This document shows, piece after piece, positions 13,077 through 31,758 of a DNA stretch of 64,000 nt. The first letter of the stretch is position 1, and each line of letters opens with the position of its first letter. This DNA is from Cycas panzhihuaensis (Eukaryota > Plantae > Cycadophyta), in NCBI GenBank assembly GCA_023213395.1, contig CM041465.1:51529741-51593740 (forward strand), in the 5' to 3' direction. The position numbers were made by a program, and so were the translations under genes. A model generated the notes under the pieces. The model was not told the DNA's origin and made no database searches. It worked only from the letters and a program-made list of their open reading frames with translations.

Positions 13077-14879
13077 CATGTTTAGATTGAGGAGAATGTA
13101 TTGAATACAAATAATATTGAGATGGGATCAACCTATCTTAGCGCTATCTTTAATGAGGTATGTGGCATAGATGTTCATCTAAGGCATGGTAACCTTAATA
13201 CTCTTGTTTATCCTATAATTCCTAGCCATGTTGCTAGAATGTTGTAGATGTTGATGGGGTTCAAGTTGAGGAGGGTAATATGGTCACCTTTTTAGATGTA
13301 TTAACACCTACAACTCTTGCATTCAATGCTTAGTGGTGAAGCAATCAACATTATTGTCAAGGGTTCATGGCATTTAAATTTTATCCATTTTTATAAAGGG
13401 GTGTAATTTATGGATAAGAATTTGCATTTGCTATTAGAATTAGTGGCCAACAATGTTTTAATCTTATAGATGTAGAAGAGGCCCTAACATCTTTGATGGG
13501 TAGGCGACATCAATGGTTTGGCAGCACATTAACCAGGGATTGTAGTTTAAGAGCTTGAGGCATTTTTGGCGATAGTTATTTAGCATGCAATTACTTTTGT
13601 TTAGTGGATATGGAATTTGATGGCATTAATGGCAGTGTTAATGTAACATGCCACCACTTCCGCCTGCTTGAAAGGGTGAGTTTGATTATCTGGAATTTGA
13701 GACCAATAAGTGTTTAGTATCGATGAGAGTTTAATACCATTTGGGACATATTTACGATGATGTGGTCGGTATAGCCAAAGGATAGCTGACTGAGAGAAAA
13801 TAGGTTTATAGCCTTTTTGGATATTTTATTATTTATATTAACTTAAAACTTTTCAAAGGGTTTGAAACAACTTGTTATAGTTGTCTCTAGAGTGGACAAG
13901 GTCAAGTACAAGTCCTGAGTGATTTTAGTAGAACAAATCCCCCTCTCCTATGGTATCTTATACCAAAGGGTCAACTCCACTCTATGAGAATTTTACCTAA
14001 AAAAAAAAACATCATTTGAAAATATAAATAAACATTAGGAATTTTGTAAGTTGTAGTTTATAAATATATAAAAATTCTACCATTTAGAATGACAATTAGT
14101 GACAAATACTAATGAACTTCATATGACATCATTGTGATAAAGGAAAAGGGCCACATTCACCCATTATTGATGTTGACCTATTGCCATTGTTGAAGTGGAC
14201 AATCACCATTTGATGAGTTTAAACAATTATAAAGCCTCCCATAAGCTCAAACAAAGGTTGAACAATATTGATAGACATTTGATCTCATTCATAGAGCTCG
14301 AAATGAGATGCAAAATGTCAACATTAACATAGTTAAGTTGCCACTAAAGAAAACATTAAATAATCTGTTGGTTTATATTCAAAGGAGAACAGATGCAGTA
14401 CAATTATGTTATAAGCTCGATTTCAAGCAATAAGCATTGAAGGAGCCTCACATTAATTAGATAGAAATAGGATAAAGGTGAAGTAGAGCCAAAAGTTAAA
14501 GAAACAAGTCACATAATATTGAAAATGGCAAAAGGGGAGTTGTTGATCAAAGGGAAAAGAAACATGTAAAAGCTCTCAAAACATGCAAAATAATCATGAT
14601 TTTTTACATGCAATGACATGCATATAGTTTGTAGCCCCTCATTTAACATTTTCAATGGAAAAAATAGAGGAAAAGGCAATGATTTTGGCTTTATAAATAT
14701 TTTTTAAAAGAAGAGAAGTCACTATGTCATGAGATAAGGAATATTCCTTATTCAAAATATTATTAAAACTTTATTTTTATTTTTCTAATGTTGGGATGAT
14801 ATTAAGTTGTTTTTCCCCCCCCTATTTTGATGTTTATTATAAAGCCCCTTCTTTTTAGCCCCTAGTCACATGGAGGGTA

Positions 14880-17800
14880 TGTTAGCTATAATGTTTATTT
14901 AGTTAACGTTAAGTGTGTAATGCCATTTTGGGACTTTGCAAGACTACTAGCCGCTGTCATTAGCTGACTTAGGTATCATGTATATATTATTTTACTAACG
15001 ACATGTCTTAATACCAGTATTGGTTGATGGCAGGCTTGCACAATGTCCTAACTATAAATATAGGGTCTTATGACCCAATGGTGTTCTTTAACACCACCTT
15101 TCATTTAGAAATATTGTTATACTCTTTATTATGGCCTTGTAATCTGATTCTTCAATGACCTCGAGCCTTCATTTGGTATGAGGGCTTGACCTCTTTGATC
15201 TATAAAGCACACAACAATGTTATAACATATTGTCTAGTTTATGTTTCAATTATTCGTGCAATTTTACCATAGTTTTCTAAAGTTTTCACATAGTTTTTAT
15301 TAAATATTTCAGATATTTGCTTCATATACTCTATATATTCATATATTTAGAAAAAATCTTTAGCATCTACATGTGTATGCAGCCCAACAACATTTTGGAA
15401 TAGTTCTATACAAGTTTTATTCGATATTTTATCATTTTTTAATTGATTCTCAACTTATTTTTAAAGATTTTTTTAGGTTCCAAGATTTTGACAGGCTAGT
15501 GCACCTCCACCATTGGATGAAATGCTAGAGAGTGACCACTCATTTTACTCCTTAGTGAATCTATTTTGCCTCAAATCAGACGGATTGAAAATTTATCCCT
15601 TCTCGGTTGAGATATCGCATCTGGAAGGTAGCACACTCCATCTGCCTACTAAAACCCCACCACCTAGTTGGAACCACACTGCAGTGTAGTTTATTTTTTC
15701 ACTTCGTCAAAACATATCACAAAGTTTATATTGTAAAGTCAATATATATAAGTTTAACATTTATTTTTTTCAATAAATATTTGATTTATTTGAGACCTTT
15801 ATCTACATGCGATCATGCACTTCATATGGCCCAAAGGTTGACTATTTGATCTGATAATAATCATTTTTTTATAGGAACTCTATTTATATGCAAACCAATA
15901 TTGATTTGAAGCAAATTTATTGGGTTTTTGGAAATTTTTTCATTGATTTCATCATTTTTTAAAAAGTTTTAGGCTTAACAAGTTGACTGAACTTTGATGG
16001 AATGGTGCACTTCAACAGAGTCCTCTCAGAGTCTGCATCGTAGTGGAGAAGATGGTATGTCAATTGATCAGTCCATTAAAGAGATATCACTCTATGAAGC
16101 CCAACTATTCCACAGTTTTATCAAATCCTATTGTCTGTTTGATGTTTTCTCAATATTATTTCATTCTTTCATTATTTTTTCTCAATATTAGTTTATTTTT
16201 TCATCATTTTTTCTTAAATCTTCTTTGTCTGCACCTCTATTCGAACAAATTCCAAACTTTTTTTCAGCCTTTTTCAATCGATTGAATCAATCAAATGACC
16301 TCTTGTGAGTCACGTGGACTCTGCACATATTTTTTATACATAAAAATTTTAAAATTTAATATATTTTTTATATAGTTTATAAAAAAATTAATCAGATTTG
16401 ATTATTTTTGGGGTTTAACCCCCTTCACTTCCTAGTTGTGGTCACCGTGCTAGCCCCACATAACCCTATTTATTTATAAAAGGAGTAGATTTCAAATTAC
16501 TATAAGCTATTTTTAATAATTTTGGTTTTAAAGAGATCAAGGTGAATTTAATAATATTTGGAATTCATAGCCTTATTTACTGACTAGAAGGTGGTCATAT
16601 GTAGTGACCTAGTGATTGGGGGCTAACTCATCAAAGGGGCTTAAGTACCTCTCCTTTTGATTTTTAATCATAAATAGATGTCTACATTATTTATTTAATG
16701 TCTTTCAAACAAGGAGTTCATTTTTTGAATAGTTTGAATCATTGGAAACTAACTCAAAGACCTACATAGTAAAGTCATTTTTTAATTCTGATTTGAAGCT
16801 ATTTTGTAGGGTTCCAAAGCTACTAAAGTTAACCCTCTTATTTGGTCCTAATTTGAGCCTTTCACTTCATTTTCAAAGTAAATTTTTTAAAATTATTGAA
16901 GTATATTGATGATATATTGGTATACTAGCTTATTATAATATATTTTATTTAAAAAAAAAAGGCTTATAAGTGTTTTTTGGTTGAATTTGTGTAGGTTTAT
17001 CCTTTGAGAAAGAAGCAAATATTTAAGACATTTTTTTGCAAATAAAAGAGCACTCTAATCCTCACCTATTTAAATTTACTTTATTTAAGGATATTTATTT
17101 CAATTTCATTTCATCTAAAGCTCATTTCATTTTATTCATTGCTATATTTTTAAGTTATTTTTTAATTGTTATTAAAAAGAATCCTTGTTTGTAAATAAAA
17201 CCATACTTAAAATCAATTTTTACATTAATAAGATAATATCCAAAATAAATAACCTTATTTTTAGTCTTGTAAGGGGAATGGTTAAGACCCCTGAAGTTAT
17301 CACCTTGTACACATCTTTGGTATACTCTAACTTATTGAGGAAACCATTGACTATTAAATATATTTGGTAGTAGGCTAAGGTGGAGAACCTTCATCCTTTG
17401 GAGTTTGGAGATCAAGCTAGGCTCGGAGGGGATGAGTACCTTAGTTCATTAAGCTTTCACTGCTAGATCTATCGTTACACATAAGTCTGGTGTAGGTGGA
17501 CCAATAGATCATAGGGGGTCTTGTACCTTCTTAGCAACCTGCATACTAAGGTATATAGAGCCTAGCACTCATATACTGATATATTGGATCCTTGGTTTGC
17601 CACTTATGTGCAGGCACTATTAGACATGATAGTAATCGAAAGCTTTTCTTGGAGACCCTAAAACATAGATCCTAGATTAGAAACCTTTTAGGTAGATATA
17701 ACATAATTAAATTAAAATTTTTTAGGGGGACACTTTAAATAAACCTTTTTGAAAACAATGGCAACTAACTATGATAGCATGATTATTTTAAAATTTGATG

Positions 17801-20800
17801 GATCTAATTTTCTAAATTGGAGTAAGAGGATGAAACCTATTTTTATAGCTAAAGACATATGGGAATTTATGGATGAAGGATGAACTTGGAGAAAATGCCA
17901 CCTTGGATGACAAGATAGTCTATAGAGAATGTGTGAAGAAGGATAATGAAGCCTTAACACTTATTTTTTGTGCCATAGAGGACCATATATTCCCAAGGGT
18001 TAATGAAACAACCACATCTAAGGAAACATGGGATATATTAAAATTAATCTATGAAGGAGCTGCCCCATCCAAGATTCAAACACTTAGAAGTAAGTTTGAG
18101 AACTTAAAATTATCACCTAGGGAAAGCATCGATGAATTCATAACCAAGGTCCAAGACTTGGAAAACCAAATGAGATCCCTTAGTGAAGTGTTGACTGAAT
18201 AAAGGGCAGAAATAATTCTAAGATGTGTAGGAGAAGTTAAGAGATTTGAAATGGTTGCTATAAGTATTGAAGTGTCCAAAGATCTCAAAACCCTCAAAGT
18301 AGAATAAGTAAGTGCAATGTTACTCACTATGGAAGAGAAGAAAGTTTCCTAAGAGACATTGGAACATGCCTTTACTACAAAGGCTATGATCAAATCAAAT
18401 AACCAAGGTCAAAGCTCTGGAATAAAGGAACAATCCCCAAAAGGGAGAGAAACAAACCAAAGACAAGATATCTATCAAGAATAAAAATCTAGATATCAAG
18501 CCCTACATCAAAGAGATTGAGGTTCAAGACAAAGGTGCCCAAGTCAGAATGATTTCCACAATCAAGGGAGATATCAAGAGTTTAGCCAATGTTATCATAA
18601 CCATAATTGTTTCCAAGGCCAAAGCAGCTATCAAGGACCTAATCTACATTGCCAAAATGACTTTCAGGGCTAAAATCAAGGCCTATATCTAAAAAGGTGA
18701 AGAATAACTTCTAGAGGTAAAGGAATATCTAGAAATAGAAGTCTTAGCTAAAGAAGAAGAGAACCTATCCAATGTTCATATTGCCATAAGATTAGACACA
18801 CTGTAGAAAGGTGCTTTGCTAAAAATGGCCATCCACTAAGAGGAAGTACCAACACAACCATTGAAAATAGGGTCAATGATTAACTAGTTTTGTCAAGTCT
18901 TATTACCAGTAAAGAAGAGGATTGTTGGTACATAGATTCTGGGTGCTCAACCCACATGACATATAAGGAGGAAATATTCAAAACTATTGACAAGACTAAG
19001 AAAGCGAGAATTATGTTTGGTGACAATATAACTCATGAATCTAGTGGCAGAGGTAATATCTTCATCACCACAGACTGAGGAGAGACTAGATACATTGATG
19101 ATATCCTTCATGTCCTAACACTAAAAAAGAATCTACTATCAACAGGTTAGATGATAGAACAAGAGTATAAGATCTTTTTTAACAATAGTGAATGTACCAT
19201 TAAGGATAAGAGGAAAAATAAAGCGATTATATATAAAGATAAAATGACTAGTGACAAACTATTTAAACTAGTCATTCTCCCATTTGACAACTATGTATTA
19301 AAGACCTACACTAAAGTTGATAGTGATATATGGTATAAAAGATTTGACTATATAAACTATGAGAGTTTTGCCATAATGAAAAGAATGAACATGGTGGAAG
19401 GATTACCTCCAATTGAAACAAATAAAGAAATATATGAGGGATATCTTCTTGGTTAACAACATAGAGAAAGCTTTCCATATAGAAGCTATAGAGCTAAATG
19501 TCTACTTCAGTTAATTTATACAAACTTGTACAGTCCTATGGATGTTCAATCTCTAGGTAGAGTAAGATACCTCATCACCTTCACTAATGGTTTTATAAGG
19601 AAAACTTGGGTATATTTCTTGAAGTTCAAATTAGATATATTCCAATGTTTTGTGGACTTAATAACCTTTATGGAAAAGTAAAGTAGATATAAAATACTCT
19701 CTCTAAGATCAGATAATGGGGGAGAGTTTATCACTAATGAATTCAATGCCTATTGTACTTATCATGGCATTAGAAGATAGTATATGAATCTTTACACTCC
19801 ATAACAGAATGGAGAAGCTAAAAGGAAGAATTGCACCATAGTTGAAATGGCTAGGTATATGCTCAAAGATAAGAAATTAGGCCATGAACTTTGGGTGAAA
19901 GCTATTCACATTACAGTCTATTTATTAAACATGTGTACCATTAAAGCCCTTAGGTGGGTTACACTAGAAGAAGCTTGGACTAGATATAAACCAAGCATAT
20001 CTCATTTAAGAGTATTTGGATGCATTACATTTGCTCATGTTCCAGAGCAAAAGAGGATAAACTTGATGATAAAAGCACTAAATGTATATTTATAGGATAT
20101 TGTAATGTTTCCAAATCCTATAAGCTCTATGATCCTAAAAAAAGAAAAATCATTATGAGTAGAGATGTTATATTCAATGAAGATGATTATTATAAGGTAG
20201 AAATTAAGAAGGACAAAGGAAAGAATATCATCATGGAATTTGATTCACATCCCATATCAACAAATATGCCTTTACATGTGCCAACATTAAATGAATAAGG
20301 TTCTAATGAAGCTAGAACTTCCACATCTACTCAAAATATTCCAAAATAAGTACAAAAGAGCCATGATCTAGCAAATATGCTAGACAACAATTTTGAAAGG
20401 AGATCCACATGTTCAAATAGATTCAATTTTGCTCTAATGAACCAAGTCATGGAATGTCATGAGCCTCACACCTTTGAAGAGGCAAATACTAAGGATGAAT
20501 GGAAGAATGCCATACAAGATGAATATAACTCTATTGTCAAGAATAACACTTGGGAGTTAGTTGATCTACCTCATAATAAGAATGGTATTGGGACAAAATA
20601 GGTCTATAAGACTAAGTTTAGATTATATGACTTAATAGATAAATACAAAGTAAGGTTAGTAGCCAAGGGTTACACTCAAAAGGAAGGCATTGATTACAAT
20701 GAAATATTTGCTCTTGTTGTAATAATAGAAATTGTTCACATGATGCTAAGTCTAGTAGCTCAAAAGGGATGCAACATCCACTAGATGGATGTCAAAAGTG

Positions 20801-22298
20801 TATTTCTAAATAGTTACATTGAAGAATAAATCTATGTTCTATAGCTAAAAGGTTTTAAAGTCAAGGAGGAAGAAAACAAAGTATATAAACTCAAAAAGGC
20901 CCTATATGGACTTAAACAAGCACATAGAGTTTGTTACTCTAGGATCAACAAATATTTTAGAGATCAAGGATTCGAAAGAAGCTAATCGGATCCTAGTTTA
21001 TATATCAAAATTAAAGGAGATTCTATACTCATTATGGGATTATACATTGATAACTTAGTCTACATAGGAAATGACTCTAAATTATCACAAAAGTTTAAAG
21101 AAGATATGTGTAAGGAATTCAAGATGATAGATTTAGGTCTTATGTACTACTTCTTAGGATTGGAATTTTGGTAAGATGAAGATGACATATTTGTCTCTCA
21201 AAGAAAATATACCTTAGACTTACTTCAAAAGTTTAAGATGAATGATTGCAAAGCATTAGCTACACAAGTTAAAGTTAAATTATCCAAACTTGATGATTTT
21301 GGTTCAGTTAATTCTACACTCTACAAACAATTGATTAGAAGTTTGATTTGCTTGACATTGACACAACCATACATTATGCATTTAGTTAGTGTTGTATCAA
21401 GATTCATGTATAATCCTAAGATTACACATTAGTAAGTTGCTAAGAGAATTCTTAGATATTTGAAAGGTATAATAGATTTTAGGCTATACTATAAACCTTT
21501 GATAAATTTCAATTTAATTGGGTATACATATTCAAATTGGGCAGGATGTGTTGATGACAGGAAGTCTACATTAGGATACACATTCAATTTAGAATCAAAC
21601 ACCATGACTTGGAGCACCAAGAAACAGAATATAGTCTCATTGTCTACTATAAAAGTAAAATATAAAGTAGCAGTAGTAGGTGCATGTGAAATAGTTTGGT
21701 TACGATGTCTACTTCATAATGTTCAAGTAATGCAAAATGGTCCTACTAAAATTTAGTATGACAACCAGAGCACAATATAGATGACAGGTAATCTAGTATT
21801 CCATGGAAGAATATAACATATTAAGACTTGGTATCATTTCATAGGGGAATTAATTAATGTAGGAGAAATAGAATTGGTCTACTATAACACTAAAGAACAA
21901 GTGGTAGATATATTTACAAAGGCACTTGGGAAAGTCAAATTTCATAAGTTCAGAGATAAGCTTGGAGTTATATGAAATAAACATTATGGAGGTGAATGTT
22001 AGCTAGAATGTTCATTTAGTTAACATTAAATATGTAATGCCATTTTGGGACTCTGCATGACTGCCAATAGCCATCATCAATCGACTTAGGTATCAAGTAT
22101 ATATTATTTTATTATTCATTTTAAATGATATTTCTTAATACCAGTGACGGTTGATGGTGGGCTTGCCTAATGTCCTGACTATAAATATAGGGTCCTATGA
22201 CCCAACGATATTCTTTAGCACCATCTCTAATTCAAAAATATTATTATGCATTCCATTATGGCCTTGTAATCTAGTTCCACTTTGATCTCAAGCCTTCA
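14880..22298 (+). mobile_element. Full-length degenerate Ty1/copia element B
   Basis: LTRs 14880-15171 and 21997-22298 (TG...CA). TSD GGGTA/GGATA. Degenerate PBS TGGTATGAGGGC at 15174-15185 and PPT ggaggtgaa. gag-pol ~17758-21975 includes protease WYIDSGCSTHMT. Confidence 0.95.
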
Positions 22299-25200
22299 GG
22301 ATATAATGCTAAATCAATTTCTAGTTTATTTAACGTCCAATTTTAACATATAAATATACCACAACACTCATTTTTTAGTATTCTTTCATTCTATAATAGT
22401 TGCATGGACTACTTCTATTGATTTTTTTGAAGAAAAATGTGAAAAACATCTTTTGAAATTGATTTCGACCACCTACGAGTAGACTGAAATAATGAATTTT
22501 CATATACTAACTATCTTTATGCATATTGAAGGCTTTTGAATAGTTTTTGCAATTAATTTATGTGCTTTCTAGTTATTTTTTAGTCATTTTTTATGTTTTT
22601 ATATAATGATAACCATTAGAGAGACCATACCTAATTCAAAGATAATTACTTGCATCTTACATAATCTATTAACTCCATATGAGAATTTTACAACCACATT
22701 GACTCTATCTAATAAATTACCCATGTTAATGGTTAGTTCATTAGAATCATTACTTTTAGAGTATGAGTAGAAGCTAAAGGACTTTCACAGGGAGTCATCC
22801 AAAGTATTGGTATTTAGATTAAAGGGAAAAATACCTTACATTTCAAAGAAGAGAACTTCTTCAAAATCCATAATTTAGAAGGAAAAATTAAGTAGTTCAA
22901 ACAAAAACTACAAGCCAAAGTTTTTTTATTATGAAAAGTTGGGTGCATAAAGGACTATTAGGAATGGTATCAATAATAGTGTCAGCAACAATAGCCATAA
23001 CAATAAGCCTAACAATAAAAGTAATAATAGAGACTGTAATGTCTGTCTAAACAACAAGGATATATGACTAATGTAACAAGGATTGCACCCAGTTAAATAG
23101 TAAAGAAACTCTTCATTATTGTATATAAAACAAGGCTAGATATATATGAAGCCTAGTTCATTGGTTCTAGTGCATTAAGACATATGACTGACAGATTAGA
23201 TGGTTCTACGATTTATGGGAAGTGTATCAAAAAATCACCATTAATGATAACATAGATCTGGAGGTTGTTAGAGTTGGAAATATACTATCATGCTAAAATA
23301 ACGAGAGAGAATATTATATATACTTAAGTTGAAGGTTAATCTTGTTTCAGTAAGTAAAATTAGATAATACAATATGACTATAACATTTGGTCGAGAGCAA
23401 TGCATGGTTCAAGACAAATAAAACAAGGGTATAACTAAAGGGATTAGAGATAATAGTTTATATAAACTGCAAAGACACTCTAAAGTACAAAAAGTGTTCT
23501 TTGTATCTTAAAAAAAAAACACACACACACACACACACATATATATAACATGAACGAATAGTCTATTTAAACTGCTTTAGACTTTATTTGATGCATAAAA
23601 TAAAAATGGTACATGGTCTTCCAATGATAAATATTAAAGATTGATTATATGAACCTTGTATCTTTGGTAAATAGTAAAGAGAACCTTTTTTGAAAAAAAA
23701 AGCATGGAGAGCTAAAGAAAAACTTAGATTTTTTTAGTTGAATATCTATGGACCAATGTCAATTGTATGTTTAGAGGGATGAGATACTTCATCACTTTAA
23801 TTGATGACTTTTCATGAAATGTCTAAGTTTTTCTATTGAAGGGGAAATTGTAAGCCTTCACTTATTTCAAATAGTTTAAGGACATGATAGATAATGAAAG
23901 TAGATGAAAAATCAATATTTTACAAACTAACCATGGTGGAGAATATACTTCAAATGAATTCAATTACCTTTGTAAATATAATAAAATTAGGAGACAATTT
24001 ATTATTGCCCATACACGTTAAAAAAATAGAATTGTTAAGCAAATGAATAAAACTTTAGTTGAAAAATCCAAATCTATGATAAAAGGCATGGATGTATCAA
24101 ATTACTTATGGGTAAAAGATGTGAATATAGTTATATGTCTAACTAAAATGATAAAAGTTATACAGCAAAAGTACAAAGTGAGCCCTTGTAGGATGTTATG
24201 AAGAAAGTAAATCTTATAGAGTTCATGAGTTGTTGACCAGAAAAGTATACATAATTTATGATGTTATCTTCAATGATGATGATAGGATAGATGTGGGATC
24301 AATCAATGTTAACGAATAGATTTAGGGGACATATAAATGTAGCTCTTTAAGGGATATTAATCACTCTGAATTTGAACTCTTTGACATTAGTGAAGTAATA
24401 AAATCACAATCTTTCCAATTTCTAGAATTTGAACCTAAGTTGAAGTTAATGATTAATTTAAATCCTAAGTTAGAGAAACCTTACATACCTTCACCTTCAT
24501 CTTTAAAGAAGAAGCTACCTTGATAGTATTTGAGAACTATAGAGGATGTTGATAAGTTATTGCTTGAGATAGAGGGAAGGTGGAAATCCAAAATGTGACC
24601 TTCTAAATAAATAAATATTACTCTTATGGCATGTGTATTGAGTGTTAATGAACCTTCTATATTTAAGGAGGTAGTTAAATAACATAAGTAGAATGACACT
24701 GCAGACACTAAAATCTAAGTAGTTAAGAGGAACCACGTAAAGGACTTGCTTGAAATACTTGTTAGGAAGCAATTAATTAATTGTAAATGGATTTACATAA
24801 ATAAATATAAATTAGATAGATCTATAGATAAATACAAGATTAGACTTGTAGCGAAAAGCTTCAAGTAGCAAGAATGGATCAACTACTAGGAAATATTCAC
24901 TCTAGTTACAAAGATGAATGCTATTCATTACATTATGGTAATGGTTATATAATTCAATTAGTAACTTCACCAAATACATGTGACAAGTACATTTTTAAAT
25001 GGGGACTTAATAGAAGAAGTCTACATGGAGTAGCCACTTAGCTTTGTGTGAAAAGGTAAAGAGCACTTAGTATACCATCTTAGAAAAGCCTTGTATTACC
25101 TAAAATAGGCTCTAAAAGCTTAGTATAAAAATATTGATCATTACTTTCTTAACAAGGGGTTTGAAATATTTCTATCTAAATCAAACTTGCACATTAAAGC

Positions 25201-25574
25201 CTTAAATAATATAGTAATATCCATAGTGTTATACATTAATACCTTACTAATTATAGGTAATGACATTGTTATGATATTAAACCTAAAAAAAGATTTGAGC
25301 CACATCTTTAAATTGACAAGTCTAGAAGTTTTACATACTTTCTTGGAATGGAAGTATGGCAAAGACTTTAATGTGTCTTCATCTTGCAAGCAAGATACGC
25401 TTGAAAAATTCTAAATAAATTTAGAATAGATGATTATAAGGCCACACCTATCCCTATGGAGATAAGTTCTAAATTAACAACTAAAGATGACAAAGTAAAT
25501 GTTGATGTAATGTTGTGAAAGCAACTAGTGGGTAGTCAAATATACTTGATTACTATTAGGTAATATATAACCCG

Positions 25575-28610
<3,036 letters not shown>

Positions 28611-30411
28611 ATTGGAATAGTGTTTTTATTTATAACAATGCCAATACAAAGTCACTTAAAAGTAATAAAAAGGATCCTCAAATACTTGAAGGGCACTATG
28701 CAATATGGACTTGAATTTAAACACAACGACAATTTCAAGTTGGAAGGATTTAAAGATTTTGATTGGACTAGATGTGAGAAAAGTAGGAGGTCAATTTCTA
28801 GATACTATTTTAGTTTAAGATCAACTACTATCACTTGGAGAAATCAAAGGTAACCTAATATTATTTTGTCTGTAATTGATATAAAGTATAAGAATACAAT
28901 TACAGTAACTACTAAAGCCATTTAGTTTTGACAAATTTTGAGGATATTGGATTATATCAATTAGAACTAACTAAATAGTACTATAATAATCAAAGTATAT
29001 TGAAGATCATTAAAGCATTATGTTTGATGCTTACACGAAATATATTGAGGTACATTATCACTTTATTCATGATTGATTAAGATGGTATGTAGGCCAAAGA
29101 AAGAACAATTAGTTAACATCTTTACCAAACCACTAGTAGGAGATAAATTTTAAACATTTAGGGATGGTTTAGGTATTAGAATTAATGAATTAAACTTAAA
29201 GGGGAGTGTTGAAATATTAATGTTTATTAGGCTCATAACTTTGAACTATGAGCCTTCCTCTTATTGAATGTATTTTCATTTATTTTTAAATTGTTATTAT
29301 AGGAAAGATAAGTCATTGGGGATTGCTTAACGTTCCACACAAGTATTATTAGGAATTTCTAAATATTCATTTATTGTTATATTTATGAATGTTATTTATG
29401 AATTGTGAAAGATGAATGGGAATAATATAAAAATTATGAATTAGAAATTAATATTCCTTATAGAATGTTATTTATCCATTATCATTAGATTTTGGTTTTA
29501 ACATCGATATTATACCTAGTAGTTTCTGTCTTCTATAATTGAATATTGCTCGCATATATGATCTATTGTGTATTATAACTTCTTTTAATCTTTTTTAGTT
29601 TTTCTGTATAAGTGATACTTACATGCATGCATAATCTCCTATATCGTATGAAAGCATGCATATTATATTTTTTCAAGTTAGTATTAGAAGTGTTGTGATC
29701 TAAAAAATGTATATTTCTCCAACATGGTATCTAAGCTATCGTGGTCATGTACATATGAAGTTAAGCTTACTTTTTTCAGGTATAAATCCTTATATTTCAA
29801 GTTTTTTTAAATAAAAATTACCTGATAAGATCTTTCTAGTAAGCTCTAGAGTAAATTTTGTAAAATTTTCAAATATTTTAAGTTATTTTCCTTATAAAAA
29901 TAAAAAAAGAATTTTTATTATAAAATTTTATTGATAATTGTTGTGGATCTTTTTTATTTTTATTAAATCTTAGATTTTTATTATTGTGAATCTCAAAAAG
30001 AGATATGTAACACTCTTATTTTTAGTGAAAATCCAATGCAACCCCTTAAGTGTAGAGCAAGTTATTCAAATCTTCCAATAGTTTCAATACCCTAAGGTTC
30101 CTCTAAGTAAGGGATATAACAAGATCTTTATCTTTATGTGGTAAAATGACTCAAACCTAATTTAGATTCAAATGTAATTTAGATAATCACTCAACATGTA
30201 ATATGCAGTCTTCACAAGGAAGTGAATAACACATTAACATATGGAATACTAGTAATTTCAATTGAAAAGTATGAAGCCATAATATTACATACATGAATAT
30301 TTCCTTGGTTTGAATCAAATGTTAAAATATAAAATCAAAGCTAAACAAAATAACTTGGTAGACTTTATTATTATGATAAATTATTAGGCAACGGAGACAC
30401 TTGATATGGGT

Positions 30412-31701
30412 GATTTTTCTTTAGATTTATTAATTATCCTTTGGCAGTTTATCACATTATTGTGTCTTACCTCTATGAGGAATTTACTCACTTGGCCTTT
30501 GCTCCTTAAGTATTTTACTATACTGCTAAAATTTATTAGCCCTAAATCTCCTATACTATATGACATATTTGCCCTCCCTTCTTCCCCTTCCATTTTTAAA
30601 AATCCATTCAATAAACTTTTAAGTAGCCTCATTAAAAAATAACACCAAAAATCTATTAAAACATTTAATGACCCCTCATTGTATTTTATTTTACATGTAA
30701 GTGTGCCTTTTGTATTATAGGGTGAGAGCCTCTTTGTAACTTAAAATGTCATTTGTAGTTTGGTCAGGTTTACCCGCTTGTTGCTAAGTCAGCCAATTAT
30801 ATTATTTGTATTTGGGCTTCATATGCTTATAAATTAAGCACGATCCCTTCATTTATACATTGATTTTTTGATATATGCAAAAGCTTTACTCAAATTTAGA
30901 TGCATAATGTAACCAATTTACTTGTAGCGCATTCCAAAAATAAATTTACTTTATTGTTTTATATTAATCTTAGTTTCTACTTTCGATTTATTTGAGTGTA
31001 CATGTTATATGATCCTATTGATAAATTTGGCATGGTGTTAGAGCTTGTAATGTGCATTTTATTTAGTTTATTGTGAGTTTGGCTAAGAAACAATGGCCCG
31101 TTCATCAATAATGGCACTGTATTAATCTCCATTTTTATATTTTACAATTACTTTCAATGTTTTTCAACAAATTTGACACTTCTATAGGGTGTATTTACCA
31201 TGTAGCTACTCTCGTTTACTACCTGACAGACTAGTATAAGTCCTTTAGCCTCACCACTGTAGTTTTACGTAGAAACAATATGTCATCTCCATCATTTTCT
31301 ATCGTTCAACCTCTGTTCCACCATTTTCAACGGTCATTTGATACAAATCTTACTTCTTGGAGTCAGATTTGACCTCTAATTACTCTTAGACTCATGGTGC
31401 TACTAGTTGGAGGCTGTCTATAGTAGATTAGAGTGTTTTCTAATGTAAATAAATAAAAAATTTAAGATATGAGGGTTATAACTCCTCTGTGCACTCCATC
31501 GACTATTTTTCTACTGTGAAACCTAGTACAACCCATTTGGAGCTTCGATCATAAATATTCAAGCCCTACATCGGTCTTTGATTGAGTACATAGCTGGTTG
31601 ATGTAAATTTGATCCATTTTTAAGTAATTTAATCACATAATCCTACCCTCATTTTTCACATTTGGCACAGTTACCATGAACCAATTTTTTGTTTAATTTA
31701 C

Positions 31702-31758
<57 letters not shown>

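Noticed and set aside
4585-14095. Short inverted match (tctaaatggta at ~4594 vs taccatttaga at ~14078) as DNA-transposon TIRs around the RopGDI region
   Set aside because: The match is only ~11-14 bp in AT-rich DNA, and there is no TSD.
14200-14480. Stop-interrupted reading frame (FDEFKQL...FDLIHRARNEMQ...)
   Set aside because: Looks like a decayed ORF, perhaps from a TE, but I cannot assign a family.
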